Shown piece after piece: positions 11,289 through 21,372 of a stretch of 32,000 nucleotides of DNA; position 1 is the stretch's first letter; every line of letters begins with the position of its first letter. Where the stretch lies: NCBI RefSeq assembly GCF_016593155.1, contig NZ_AP023215.1, positions 30,001 through 62,000 on the forward strand, given 5' to 3'. The notes beneath the pieces are model-generated. The model was given only the letters and a program-made list of their open reading frames with translations, was not told the origin of the DNA and searched no databases. The DNA comes from Candidatus Saccharimonadota bacterium. GTDB taxonomy: Bacteria > Pseudomonadota > Gammaproteobacteria > Burkholderiales > Burkholderiaceae. A program made the position numbers and the translations under genes.

Positions 11289-11720
11289 ATGAGATTGAAT
11301 AATATTCAACCAAATAAAGGCGCTAAACATTATAAAAAGCGTTTAGGACGTGGTATTGGATCTGGGTTTGGTAAAACTGCTGGACGAGGACATAAAGGGC
11401 AAAAATCTCGATCAGGAGGATTCCATAAAATTTGCTTTGAGGGAGGTCAAATGCCATTATATCGGCGCTTACCTAAACGTGGATTTAAATCAATAAAACG
11501 TTTTTATACAGCAGAAATTAGGTTATCTGATTTAGAAAACTTAAATATTTCTGAAATTGATATTTTTACCTTAAAAAATGCTAATATTATTTCTAAATTT
11601 GTTCGAGTAGTTCGTGTAATCTTATCTGGTAATTTAAATAAAAAAATAATACTAAAAGGATTAAAGGTTACCAAAGGTGCCAAAATTGCTATTGAAAAAA
11701 TAGGTGGCTCTATTATGTAA
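11289..11720 (+). CDS. rplO: 50S ribosomal protein L15
   Basis: 143 aa. [27 protein letters not shown] matches L15. Confidence 0.97.
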   Translation: MRLNNIQPNKGAKHYKKRLGRGIGSGFGKTAGRGHKGQKSRSGGFHKICFEGGQMPLYRRLPKRGFKSIKRFYTAEIRLSDLENLNISEIDIFTLKNANIISKFVRVVRVILSGNLNKKIILKGLKVTKGAKIAIEKIGGSIM

Positions 11721-11756
11721 AATTTATTTTATAAAGGAGTATAAATTAATACAATT

Positions 11757-13079
11757 ATGCCAAAATTCTTAAAAACAACTATAAGAGGCTTTCCTTGGAA
11801 TCGTTTATTGTTTTTATTTTGTGCATTATTTATATATCGTTTAGGTGCGCATATTCCAATTCCTTCAATTAATCTCAATCAACTAACACAATTATTTGAG
11901 AAAAATCAAAATAATATTTTAGGAATGTTTAATATGTTTTCTGGGGGAGCTCTGTCTCATTTAACTATATTTTCTTTGGGTATTATGCCTTATATTTCTT
12001 CATCAATAATTATGCAATTATTATCAAGTATATTACCTAAATTTGAGAATTTAAAAAAAGAAGGTGAATTAGGAAAATATAAAATTGCTCAATATACTAG
12101 ATTTAGCACATTAATTCTAGCAATATTACAGGGATCTGGAATTTCTTTAATACTTGAATCTCAAAAAAATTTAGTATTAAATACGGGTATTTATTTTTAT
12201 TTTATAACTATATTAACATTAGTATCCGGTACAATGTTTTTAATGTGGTTAAGTGAACAAATTACGGAATATGGTTTAGGAAATGGCACTTCTATTATTA
12301 TTTTTTCTGGAATTATTTCAAGTCTACCTAATACCTTAATTAATTTAATAAAATTAGTTAAAATCGATTTAATAAATGTCTTATTAGTAATTTTAATTTC
12401 TTTATTATTATTAATAATGACATATTTTGTTGTATTTATTGAGTGCGGTCAACGTAAAATTTTAATAAATTATATTAGAAAAGAAGTAAATAATAGAATT
12501 TATTCTAATAAAAGCAGTTATTTACCATTAAAATTAAATATAGCCGGCGTAATTCCGGCAATATTTGCATCATCTATTATATTATTTCCGATTACTATTA
12601 TTAGTTGGTTTATTTCTTTTGCTAATAAAAATAATTTTTTTATAATTTTTTTAAAAAATTTAATAAATTTAATTTCTCCTGGTAAATTACTTCATTCGAT
12701 ATTATATACAATCGCAATTATATTTTTTTGTTTTTTTTATGCTACTTTAATATTTAATAGCAAAGAAACAGCGGATAATTTAAAAAAAAGTGGAGCTTTT
12801 ATTCCTGGTATTCGCCCAGGTTATCAAACTATACGTTATATTGATAATATCATTATGCGTTTAACATTATCTGGGTCTATTTATATAGCTTTTGTTTGTT
12901 TAATACCAGAGTTTTTTATTTCTCAATTTAATATTCCTTTTTATTTTGGGGGAACATCATTATTAATTGTTGTAATTGTTACTATAGATTTTTTAACACA
13001 AATTCAAAATTATATTCTATCTCAAAAATATGAATCACTTTTTCGTAAAGTAAATTTTAAGAAAAATATATTTTATTAA
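11757..13079 (+). CDS. secY: Preprotein translocase subunit SecY
   Basis: 440 aa polytopic membrane protein. IYRLGAHIPIPSIN and LGIMPYISSSIIMQLL motifs are present, and it occupies the canonical position after rplO. Confidence 0.97.
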   Translation: MPKFLKTTIRGFPWNRLLFLFCALFIYRLGAHIPIPSINLNQLTQLFEKNQNNILGMFNMFSGGALSHLTIFSLGIMPYISSSIIMQLLSSILPKFENLKKEGELGKYKIAQYTRFSTLILAILQGSGISLILESQKNLVLNTGIYFYFITILTLVSGTMFLMWLSEQITEYGLGNGTSIIIFSGIISSLPNTLINLIKLVKIDLINVLLVILISLLLLIMTYFVVFIECGQRKILINYIRKEVNNRIYSNKSSYLPLKLNIAGVIPAIFASSIILFPITIISWFISFANKNNFFIIFLKNLINLISPGKLLHSILYTIAIIFFCFFYATLIFNSKETADNLKKSGAFIPGIRPGYQTIRYIDNIIMRLTLSGSIYIAFVCLIPEFFISQFNIPFYFGGTSLLIVVIVTIDFLTQIQNYILSQKYESLFRKVNFKKNIFY

Positions 13080-13106
13080 AAAAATAATATAATTAAAAAA
13101 TAAAAA

Positions 13107-13325
13107 ATGGAAAAAAATGATGTAATTCAAATGCAAGGACAGATTCTTGAAAATCTTCCAAATGCAACATTTAAAGTAAAATTAGAGAATGGTCATATAA
13201 TACTTGGGCATATTTCAGGTAAAATGCGAATGAATTATATTCGTATTCTTCCTGGTGATAAAGTGACGGTAGAATTAACACCCTATGATTTAAGTCGAGG
13301 GCGTATTATATTTAGAACAAAATAA
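13107..13325 (+). CDS. infA: Translation initiation factor IF-1
   Basis: 72 aa. [52 protein letters not shown] is nearly canonical IF-1. Confidence 0.98.
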   Translation: MEKNDVIQMQGQILENLPNATFKVKLENGHIILGHISGKMRMNYIRILPGDKVTVELTPYDLSRGRIIFRTK

Positions 13326-13356
13326 AAATTTTAAGTTAAAATAAAAGATATAAAAA

Positions 13357-13470
13357 ATGAAAGTTTTAACATCTGTTAAAAGAATTTGTAGAAATTGTAA
13401 AATTGTCAAAAGAAAAGGTGTAATTCGTATAATTTGTAAAGAAGCTCGTCATAAACAACGTCAAGGTTAA
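13357..13470 (+). CDS. rpmJ: 50S ribosomal protein L36 (not in supplied ORF track)
   Basis: Hand translation gives [37 protein letters not shown] (37 aa), with TAA ending at 13470. It carries the CxxC...C...H zinc-ribbon form of L36. Confidence 0.95.
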   Translation: MKVLTSVKRICRNCKIVKRKGVIRIICKEARHKQRQG

Positions 13471-13504
13471 TTAAATATTATATTTTTTTTAATGGAATCA
13501 ACTT

Positions 13505-13870
13505 ATGACACGAATCGTTGGAGTAAATATACCAAATAATCAACATACTATAATAGGTCTGACGGCTATTTATGGTATTGGTCTCTCGCGTGCGCGAAAA
13601 ATATGTGAAAGAACTAAAATTTCAACTATTAAAAAAATAAAAGATTTAAATGATAATGAATTAGAAAAATTACGTGAAGAAATTTCTAAATTTATAATTG
13701 AAGGTGATTTACGTCGTGAATTTTCTATGAATATAAAGCGTTTAATAGATCTTTCTTGTTATCGAGGAATTCGCCATAGAAAAGGTTTACCATGCCGAGG
13801 GCAGCGCACTAGAACTAACGCTCGTACTCGAAAAGGGCCTCGTCGAGCAGCGCAATCATTAAGAAAATAA
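13505..13870 (+). CDS. rpsM: 30S ribosomal protein S13
   Basis: 121 aa. [10 protein letters not shown] and [26 protein letters not shown] match S13. Confidence 0.98.
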   Translation: MTRIVGVNIPNNQHTIIGLTAIYGIGLSRARKICERTKISTIKKIKDLNDNELEKLREEISKFIIEGDLRREFSMNIKRLIDLSCYRGIRHRKGLPCRGQRTRTNARTRKGPRRAAQSLRK

Positions 13871-13910
13871 CGCCATTATAATTCACTGAATATTTTTCAA
13901 GGAGATTTTT

Positions 13911-14312
13911 ATGGCTAAAATACCCAATAATACTAATGCTCGTATTCGTAAAAAAATTAAAAAAAATATCATTGAAGGTGTTGCGCATATTCATGCCTCT
14001 TTTAATAACACTATTATCACAATTACTGATCGAAAAGGTTATACGTTATCTTGGGCATCTTCTGGAAGCGTAAATTTTAAGGGTTCTCGTAAATCTACAC
14101 CATTTGCTGCTCAAGTTGCTGCAGAATCTGCGGGAAAAATTGCAATTGAACATGGTATTAAAAATTTAGAAGTACGCATTAAAGGGCCCGGTCCAGGACG
14201 TGAATCTTCAGTTCGAGCATTAAATAATTTAGGTATTAAAATTACTCAAATTGAAGATGTTACACCTATCCCGCATAATGGTTGTCGTCCTCCAAAACGA
14301 CGCCGTGTTTAA
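13911..14312 (+). CDS. rpsK: 30S ribosomal protein S11
   Basis: 133 aa. [21 protein letters not shown] and [16 protein letters not shown] match S11. Confidence 0.98.
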   Translation: MAKIPNNTNARIRKKIKKNIIEGVAHIHASFNNTIITITDRKGYTLSWASSGSVNFKGSRKSTPFAAQVAAESAGKIAIEHGIKNLEVRIKGPGPGRESSVRALNNLGIKITQIEDVTPIPHNGCRPPKRRRV

Positions 14313-14344
14313 TTTAATTTATAAAATAATATATATTTTTTTAG

Positions 14345-14372
14345 TTGCCCGCTAATTAGTGGGCAATTTTTT
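14345..14372 (+). terminator. Rho-independent terminator-like hairpin after rpsK
   Basis: TTGCCCGC (14345-14352), loop TAATTA, then GTGGGCAA (14359-14366). This is an 8-bp stem with one G-U pair, followed directly by TTTTTT (14367-14372). It is the only GC-rich element in a spacer otherwise made of A and T, and it lies 32 nt after the rpsK stop. Confidence 0.7.
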
Positions 14373-14465
14373 AAAAACATTTTGTTATTTTTATATAATT
14401 TTTATTGATTAAAAATAATAAAAATTATTATTATAATTATATTCATAAATATAAAAGGATATTTT

Positions 14466-15089
14466 ATGGCTCGATATATTGGTCCAAAAGCAAAACTTTG
14501 TCGTCGTGAAGGTATAGATTTATTTTTAAAAAGCGCGCGTCGCTCATTAGATTCAAAATGTAAATTAGATTTAAAACCTGGTCAACATGGTAGAATTTCT
14601 GGATCCCGTACATCTGATTATGGACATCAATTAAGAGAAAAACAAAAAGTTAAACGAATATACGGTATTTTAGAAAAACAATTCCGTCTTTATTTTATTG
14701 AGGGAACTCGCCTTAAAGGAAAAACAGGTGAAATTATATTAAAATTATTAGAATCACGACTTGATAATGTGGTATACCGAATGGGTTTTAGTTCTACTAG
14801 ATCCGAAGCTCGTCAATTAGTATCACATAAAGCATTTTTAGTAAATAAAAAAATAGTTAATATTGCATCATATAAAATAAAACCAGGTGATATAATCTCT
14901 GTTAGAGAAAAAGCTAAAAAACAAATCCGTATTACTAATTCTTTAGAATTATCTGAGCATAATAATAAATTTTCCTGGATTACTGTTGATGCAAAAAAAA
15001 TGGAAGGTATTTTTAAATCAGAACCAAATCGTAGTGAATTTGCTAATGATATCAATGAATCATTAATTGTTGAATTATATTCAAGATAA
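14466..15089 (+). CDS. rpsD: 30S ribosomal protein S4
   Basis: 207 aa. [16 protein letters not shown] and [24 protein letters not shown] (S4 domain) match S4. Confidence 0.98.
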   Translation: MARYIGPKAKLCRREGIDLFLKSARRSLDSKCKLDLKPGQHGRISGSRTSDYGHQLREKQKVKRIYGILEKQFRLYFIEGTRLKGKTGEIILKLLESRLDNVVYRMGFSSTRSEARQLVSHKAFLVNKKIVNIASYKIKPGDIISVREKAKKQIRITNSLELSEHNNKFSWITVDAKKMEGIFKSEPNRSEFANDINESLIVELYSR

Positions 15090-15139
15090 TTTTTAAATAT
15101 TAAATAATAAAAGTAATAAATATTTAAAAGGAATATTTT

Positions 15140-16117
15140 ATGCAAAACAGTTTATTGAAACCACAAATAATTGATGTTGAAACATTAGGAGTTAATTATG
15201 CTAAAGTTATTATGGAGCCTTTTGAGCGTGGTTATGGTTACACATTAGGTAATGCTTTACGTCGCGTATTGTTATCGTCTATGATTGGTTGCGCGCCAAC
15301 TGAAGTAATAATTTCAGGAGCTTTACATGAATATTCTTCATTAGAAGGAGTGCAAGAAGATATAATTGATATTATATTAAATTTAAAGGGCGTAATATTA
15401 AAACTTTATAGCAGAGATTATGCGATATTAAATTTAAAAAAATCTGGAGAAGGCGTTGTTTTAGCTTCTGATATTGAATTATTAAATGATATTGAATTAA
15501 TTAATCCAAATCATATTATTGCAAATTTATCCGCTAATGGTAAATTAGATATGCAAATTAAATTTGAAAAAGGTCGTGGTTATGTTCCTGGTAATATACG
15601 TTATTTAACTGAAAATATAAATAAAACAATTGGTCGTATTATTTTAGATGCATCTTTTTCTCCAGTTCTTCGAGTATCTTATGTAGTAGAGTCTGCTCGT
15701 GTTGAACAGTGTACTGATCTTGATAAGTTAATTATGAATATTGAAACTAATGGCGTAATTACTCCAGAAGAAGCAATTCGTCAATCAGCTCGTGTATTAG
15801 TTGATCAATTAAATGTATTTGCTGCATTAGAAAATACTCCAGTAAAAAAAGAATTAGATTCTTCTTTACCAAAAATAGATCCAATTTTACTTCGTTCAGT
15901 TGATGATTTAGAATTAACGGTACGATCTGCTAATTGCCTTAAGGCTGAAAATATTCATTATATTGGAGATTTAATTCAACGTAGTGAGAATGAATTATTA
16001 AAAACCCCAAATCTTGGTAGAAAATCTTTAAATGAAATTAAAGAAATTTTAGGTTCTCGAGGTTTAGTATTGGGAGTAAAATTAGATAATTGGCCCCCCA
16101 TTGAATTAAAAAAATAA
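15140..16117 (+). CDS. rpoA: DNA-directed RNA polymerase subunit alpha
   Basis: 325 aa. The alpha-CTD is highly conserved: [49 protein letters not shown]. Confidence 0.98.
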   Translation: MQNSLLKPQIIDVETLGVNYAKVIMEPFERGYGYTLGNALRRVLLSSMIGCAPTEVIISGALHEYSSLEGVQEDIIDIILNLKGVILKLYSRDYAILNLKKSGEGVVLASDIELLNDIELINPNHIIANLSANGKLDMQIKFEKGRGYVPGNIRYLTENINKTIGRIILDASFSPVLRVSYVVESARVEQCTDLDKLIMNIETNGVITPEEAIRQSARVLVDQLNVFAALENTPVKKELDSSLPKIDPILLRSVDDLELTVRSANCLKAENIHYIGDLIQRSENELLKTPNLGRKSLNEIKEILGSRGLVLGVKLDNWPPIELKK

Positions 16118-16193
16118 TTTATATAAAATATATTATAAATAAAATTATCAAAATTAAATTTAACTAATTTTTACAATATAAGGAAAATATTAC

Positions 16194-16559
16194 ATGCGTC
16201 ATTGTCATGGTTTTCGCAAACTAAATAGAACCTCTTCTCATCGTTTAATAATGTTACGCAACATGACAGTTTCTTTATTGCGTTATGAAATTATTAAGAC
16301 AACTTTACCTAAAGCAAAAGAATTACGTCGTGTTGTTGAGCCAATATTAACATTAAGCAAAAAAAATACTTTATCAAATAAACGTTTAGCTTTTAGTTAT
16401 TTACGGGATAGAAAAATTACAATTAAATTATTTTCTGAATTAGGACCGCGTTATATTAAAATTAATGGAGGATATGTTCGTATATTAAAAATGGGTTTTC
16501 GTGTTGGAGATAATGCACCCATGGCTTTTATTCAATTATTAAATCAAACAAAAAATTAA
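16194..16559 (+). CDS. rplQ: 50S ribosomal protein L17
   Basis: 121 aa. [24 protein letters not shown] is the typical L17 N-terminus. Confidence 0.97.
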   Translation: MRHCHGFRKLNRTSSHRLIMLRNMTVSLLRYEIIKTTLPKAKELRRVVEPILTLSKKNTLSNKRLAFSYLRDRKITIKLFSELGPRYIKINGGYVRILKMGFRVGDNAPMAFIQLLNQTKN

Positions 16560-16584
16560 ATAAAATTATATTTTTAAAATATTT

Positions 16585-17523
16585 ATGAATTCTCTTATTT
16601 GTGGTTCATTAGCATTTGATAATATTATGAAATTTAATGGAAAATTTTCACATTCCCTTTTACCTGATCAACTTGATAAAATAAACATTTCATTTTATTC
16701 ACCAACTATGCAAAAAGAATATGGTGGATGTGCTGGTAATATTGCATATAATTTAAAACTTTTAAATGGCAACCCATTAATTGTAGCTACCTTAGGAAAG
16801 GATGGTGCGTCTTATTTAAAGCATTTAAAATATTTAGGAATTTCCAATAAATATATACAAACAATTGATTCAATGTTTACCGCGCAATGTTTTATTGTAA
16901 CTGATGTTGATAATAATCAAATTACAATTTTTCATCCAGGAGCAATGCAATTATCATATGATAATAATTGCATTAATAATACTGATATAAAAATAGCAAT
17001 TATTTCTCCGGATAATTGTAGTAACATGATAAAACATATTAAAAAAATATTAAAATTAAAAATTCCATTTATTTTTGATCCAGGGCAAAGTTTATCTATG
17101 TTTAATAAAGAAGAATTAATAAAAATTATTAAAAAATCTTCTTATATTATTGTGAATGATTATGAATCTAAATTATTGGTTTCTAAGACTTCATTAAGTT
17201 TACAAAAAATAAATAAACAAGTTAAAGTATTAATAGTAACGCGCGGTGAATTAGGTTCTAATATTTTTTTAAATAGTGAAAAAGAAATTAAAATTCCATG
17301 CGTAAAAGCTGATAAGATAGTAGATCCAACTGGATGTGGGGATGCATTTAGGTCTGGTATTCTTTTTGGAATAACACATAATTTAGATTGGTATACTATT
17401 GGTAGATTATCAAATTTGATGGGGGCAATAAAAATATCTTATCAAGGTGGACAAAAACATTGTCCTAGTTTAAGTGAAATAGATCAGCGCTTTAAAGAAG
17501 CTTTTGGTTATAGATACAATTAA
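16585..17523 (+). CDS. PfkB-family sugar/nucleoside kinase, adenosine-kinase-like
   Basis: 312 aa. The PfkB signature DPTGCGDAFRSG and the VTRGELG anion-hole motif are present. From memory, the N-terminus GSLAFDNIMKFNGKFSHSLLPDQLDKINISF resembles the mycobacterial AdoK (Rv2202c)-type adenosine kinase. Substrate is not certain from sequence alone. Confidence 0.8.
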   Translation: MNSLICGSLAFDNIMKFNGKFSHSLLPDQLDKINISFYSPTMQKEYGGCAGNIAYNLKLLNGNPLIVATLGKDGASYLKHLKYLGISNKYIQTIDSMFTAQCFIVTDVDNNQITIFHPGAMQLSYDNNCINNTDIKIAIISPDNCSNMIKHIKKILKLKIPFIFDPGQSLSMFNKEELIKIIKKSSYIIVNDYESKLLVSKTSLSLQKINKQVKVLIVTRGELGSNIFLNSEKEIKIPCVKADKIVDPTGCGDAFRSGILFGITHNLDWYTIGRLSNLMGAIKISYQGGQKHCPSLSEIDQRFKEAFGYRYN

Positions 17524-17613
17524 ATAAATCACTAAATATGAATATATTTTAATTAATATCCGTCTATATAAATAGTATATTTTAGATTTTTAAATAAATA
17601 AAATTTATATAAT

Positions 17614-17638
17614 AAAAAGCTACTAAATGTAGCTTTTT
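17614..17638. terminator. Bidirectional terminator-like hairpin between the convergent kinase gene and nrdB
   Basis: AAAAAGCTAC - TAAAT - GTAGCTTTTT is a perfect 10-bp inverted repeat. Its core GCTAC/GTAGC stem is flanked by an A-run and a T-run, so it can act on either strand. Confidence 0.6.
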
Positions 17639-17685
17639 ATAATTATTTTTTTCATTTTTTAAAAAAAATAAATTTACTCCAAACC

Positions 17686-18753
17686 TCATTCCCAATCCAG
17701 GGTTCCACCCGATTGGTATTCCATCACTCTCGTCTCAAAAAAATTAGATTCTTTCTTTAGATTAATCATTTCACTCATCCAAGGAAAAGGATTTCTTTCA
17801 TATGGAAAAAGTTGTTTTATTCCAATTTGTTTCATGCGACAATTTGCAATAAAACGTAAATAACTTTTAAATGTTTTTGCATTTAATCCTAATATACCCT
17901 TTGGCATAGTATCTTCAGCATAATAATATTCTAATTCTATTGCTTTTAAAAATAATTGTTCTATTTCTTTACAAAATTCTGTAGTCCATAAATTTGGATT
18001 CTCAATTTTAATAGTATTAATTAAATCAATACCAAAATTACAATGCATTGATTCATCACGTAAAATATACTGATATAATTCTGATGAACCAATCATTTTA
18101 TTTTGGCGACCCAATGCTAAAATTTGCGCAAAACCCACATAAAAAAAAAGTCCTTCCATGATACATGCAAAAACAATAAGAGATTTTAATAGTTTTTGAT
18201 CATTTTTTGTATTTCCAGTTTTAAACTCTAAATTAGTTAATACATTAATAAATGGAATTAAAAATTCATCTTTATCTCGAATAGATTTAATTTCATGATA
18301 TGCGTTAAAAATTTCTAATTCATCTAATCCTAGTGATTCAACAATATATTGATATGCGTGTGTATGTATTGCCTCTTCAAATGCTTGACGTAATAGATAC
18401 TGCCTACATTCTGGCGCTGTAATGTGACGATATGTACCTAATACAATATTATTAGCAGCTAACGAATCAGCTGTAGAAAAAAAACCAAGATTTCGTTTAA
18501 CTAAACGACGTTCTTCTTGTGTTAATCCGATTGGGTTTTTCCATAATTCAATATCACGTTGCATATTAATTTCTTGTGGCATCCAATGATTTGCGCAGCT
18601 AGATAAATATCTATCCCACGCCCAATTATATTTAAAGGGAACAAGTTGATTAACATCAGTATGCCCATTAATTATTTGTTTATTAATTTTATTAATTCTT
18701 TCAAAAGAATTAATTTTTAATGATTTTTTTTTATTATTAAATTGTATTGACAT
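17686..18753 (-). CDS. nrdB: Ribonucleotide reductase class Ia, beta subunit
   Basis: 355 aa. Iron and radical-site motifs are present: [16 protein letters not shown] (E..H...Y, radical Tyr retained, so not class Ic), EGLFFY and RDESMHCNF. The [11 protein letters not shown]...HWMPQEI N-terminal motif is of the Pseudomonas/betaproteobacterial type. Confidence 0.96.
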   Translation of the reverse strand: MSIQFNNKKKSLKINSFERINKINKQIINGHTDVNQLVPFKYNWAWDRYLSSCANHWMPQEINMQRDIELWKNPIGLTQEERRLVKRNLGFFSTADSLAANNIVLGTYRHITAPECRQYLLRQAFEEAIHTHAYQYIVESLGLDELEIFNAYHEIKSIRDKDEFLIPFINVLTNLEFKTGNTKNDQKLLKSLIVFACIMEGLFFYVGFAQILALGRQNKMIGSSELYQYILRDESMHCNFGIDLINTIKIENPNLWTTEFCKEIEQLFLKAIELEYYYAEDTMPKGILGLNAKTFKSYLRFIANCRMKQIGIKQLFPYERNPFPWMSEMINLKKESNFFETRVMEYQSGGTLDWE

Positions 18754-18846
18754 TTTATTTTATTTTATAAAAATACATTTGTTATTATGTTATTTATTAT
18801 ATTATTTTAATAATATTTTATTAAAAATGAAATTAAATTTTATATT

Positions 18847-21372
18847 TTATTGACATGATTCACATTCATTAATATCATCTATTTCTTCTGAATTTATTAA
18901 ACAGTTTTTATTATTTTTTACTTCTTGTAAATCTTTATTATATTCTTTTATAAATGTTTTATCAAGATTTATAGAATCTGATATACTCATTTCAAAAGTT
19001 GATTTTTTTGAATAAGTTGCGCTTATTGAACGAAGATAATAAGTTGTTTTTAACCCACGTAACCAAGCTAATTTATAAGTTTCATCTAATTTTTTACCAG
19101 ATTTATTAGATATATAAATATTTAATGACTGCGATTGATCTATCCATTTTTGTCGCACTGAACCAGCTTCTATTAACCAATTTGGGGAAATTTCAAATGC
19201 TGTTGCGTAAATTTTTCGTAAATCATCGGGAATACGACTAATTTCAGATAAATTACCGTCAAAATATTTAAGATTTAAAATCATAGATTCATCCCAAAGA
19301 CCTTTTTCTTTTAATTCTTTTACTAAATATCTATTAATTTCCGTAAATTCTCCAGATAAATTTGATTTAACATGTAAATTTCTATAGGTAGGCTCAATAG
19401 ATGCTGATACCCCAATAATATTGGATATTGTTGCTGTAGGGGCAATTGCAACGCAATTTGAATTACGCATACCAAATTTTTTAATACGATTTCGTAGTTT
19501 TTTCCAATTAAGACTTTCTGACATATTTATTTTTAAATAGTTTGATCCACGCTCTTTTTCTAATAATTTTAATGAATCTTGAGGAAGAATACCTTGATCC
19601 CATAAAGATCCATAATATGAACTATAACGACCTTTTTCTTCTGATAATTTAGTGGAAGCATAATAAGCATAATAACAAATCATTTCCATTGAACGATCAG
19701 CAAATTTAATAGCTTCTTTTGATGCATATGGAATTTTCATTATATGTAAACAATCTTGAAAACCCATAATACCTAACCCAACAGGACGATGACGTAAATT
19801 TGAATATTTTGCTTTTTTAACCGCATAATAATTAATATCAATTACATTATCTAACATTCGCATTGCTATACGAATAGTTTTTTTTAATTTAATAGGATTT
19901 AATTTACCATTTTTCATATGTAATGGAAGATTTATTGAACCTAAATTACAAACTCCTATTTCATTACTGCTAGTATTTAATGTAATTTCAGTGCATAAAT
20001 TAGAGCTATGAATTATTCCAACATGTTGTTGGGGAGAACGGATATTACAAGAATCTTTAAAAGTAATCCATGGATGACCTGTTTCAAATAACATAGATAG
20101 TATTTTACGCCATAAATATAAAGCTGAAATTTCTTTAAATAATTTTATTTTACCAAGTTTTATTTTATTCTCATATAAAAGATAAGATTCCTCAAATTCT
20201 TTACCAAATTTATTATGTAAGTCAGGTACATCATACGGGGAAAATAAAGTCCATGTACCTTCTTTTATTACACGTTTCATAAATAAATCTGGAACCCAAA
20301 TAGCTATATTCATATCATGAGTTCTTCTTCGATCATCTCCTGTATTTTTTCGTAACTCAATAAATTCTTCAATATCCATATGCCAGACCTCTAAATAAGC
20401 GCATATAGCCCCTTTACGCTTTCCTCCTTGATTTACTGCTACAGCAACATCATTTACTACCTTTAAGAAAGGTATTACTCCTTGTGAGCGCCCATTTGTT
20501 CCCTTAATAAGGGAACCTAAAGAACGTACTTGTGTCCAATCATTTCCTAATCCTCCCGCGTATTTTGATAATAAAGCATTTTCTTTTATAGACTCAAAAA
20601 TTCCATATAAATTATCAGGAACAGTACTCAAATAACATGAAGATAATTGTGAGCGTATTGTCCCGGAATTAAATAAAGTTGGTGTTGAGCACATAAAACT
20701 AAATGAAGAAAGTAAATTATAAAATTTTATTGCATATTCTTCGCGATTATCTTCATTAAGTGATAGTCCCATAGCTATACGCATGAAAAAAAATTGTGGC
20801 ATTTCAATGCGTACATCTTCAATATGCAAAAAATATCTATCATATAAAATTTTTAAACCAAGATAATTAAATTGTAAATCCCTTTCCGGTAATAATGCAT
20901 TAGAAAGTAATGGTAAGTTAAATTCCGCTAATTTTGGATTAAGTAATTTATTATTAATTCCTTTATTGATAAATCTTAAAAAATATTTTTTATATTTTAT
21001 GGATAAATCAATTTGTTTTATTTCTCTTCCAAAAACTTCTTTTCTAATACAATACATTAACAAGCGAGCCGTTACTTGACTATAAACTGGATCTTTTTCC
21101 ATTAATGTACGTGTTGCTAAAATTGATGACTTATGTAATTCTTCTATAGAAATTCCATTATATAAATTTTTTTTTGTTTCTGATAAAATTAAATTTATAT
21201 TAACTTCTTTTTCTAATCCTACACAAACTGAACATATAAAATTACGGAGTAATTTCATATCAAGCAAACAAGATTTATTATTCTTTATTATATAAATTTC
21301 TTTTTCTATTGTATTTTTGTTACTAAAAATAATACCTTGTTTACTTACCTCCTTATTTAAATTAGTAATCAT
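18847..21372 (-). CDS. nrdA: Ribonucleotide reductase class Ia, alpha subunit
   Basis: 841 aa. The catalytic SNLCTEI (Cys/Glu), the TTYYLRS tyrosine pair and a C-terminal CESCQ redox pair are present. ERDLQFNYLGLKILYDRYF matches the Pseudomonas-type NrdA. Only one degenerate ATP-cone-like segment is seen (see findings). Confidence 0.96.
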   Translation of the reverse strand: MITNLNKEVSKQGIIFSNKNTIEKEIYIIKNNKSCLLDMKLLRNFICSVCVGLEKEVNINLILSETKKNLYNGISIEELHKSSILATRTLMEKDPVYSQVTARLLMYCIRKEVFGREIKQIDLSIKYKKYFLRFINKGINNKLLNPKLAEFNLPLLSNALLPERDLQFNYLGLKILYDRYFLHIEDVRIEMPQFFFMRIAMGLSLNEDNREEYAIKFYNLLSSFSFMCSTPTLFNSGTIRSQLSSCYLSTVPDNLYGIFESIKENALLSKYAGGLGNDWTQVRSLGSLIKGTNGRSQGVIPFLKVVNDVAVAVNQGGKRKGAICAYLEVWHMDIEEFIELRKNTGDDRRRTHDMNIAIWVPDLFMKRVIKEGTWTLFSPYDVPDLHNKFGKEFEESYLLYENKIKLGKIKLFKEISALYLWRKILSMLFETGHPWITFKDSCNIRSPQQHVGIIHSSNLCTEITLNTSSNEIGVCNLGSINLPLHMKNGKLNPIKLKKTIRIAMRMLDNVIDINYYAVKKAKYSNLRHRPVGLGIMGFQDCLHIMKIPYASKEAIKFADRSMEMICYYAYYASTKLSEEKGRYSSYYGSLWDQGILPQDSLKLLEKERGSNYLKINMSESLNWKKLRNRIKKFGMRNSNCVAIAPTATISNIIGVSASIEPTYRNLHVKSNLSGEFTEINRYLVKELKEKGLWDESMILNLKYFDGNLSEISRIPDDLRKIYATAFEISPNWLIEAGSVRQKWIDQSQSLNIYISNKSGKKLDETYKLAWLRGLKTTYYLRSISATYSKKSTFEMSISDSINLDKTFIKEYNKDLQEVKNNKNCLINSEEIDDINECESCQ

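Noticed and set aside
14813-15145. 110-aa ORF on the minus strand, antisense to the 3' end of rpsD and spanning the rpsD-rpoA spacer
   Set aside because: It lies entirely antisense to a strongly conserved gene. Its composition is low-complexity and Ile/Leu/Phe/Asn-rich, as expected from reading AT-rich DNA in a wrong frame, and it has no recognisable motif or Shine-Dalgarno. The same reasoning applies to the other track ORFs at 142-327(-), 765-974(-), 8598-8819(-), 21564-21797(-), 23370-23600(+) and 27526-27711(+).
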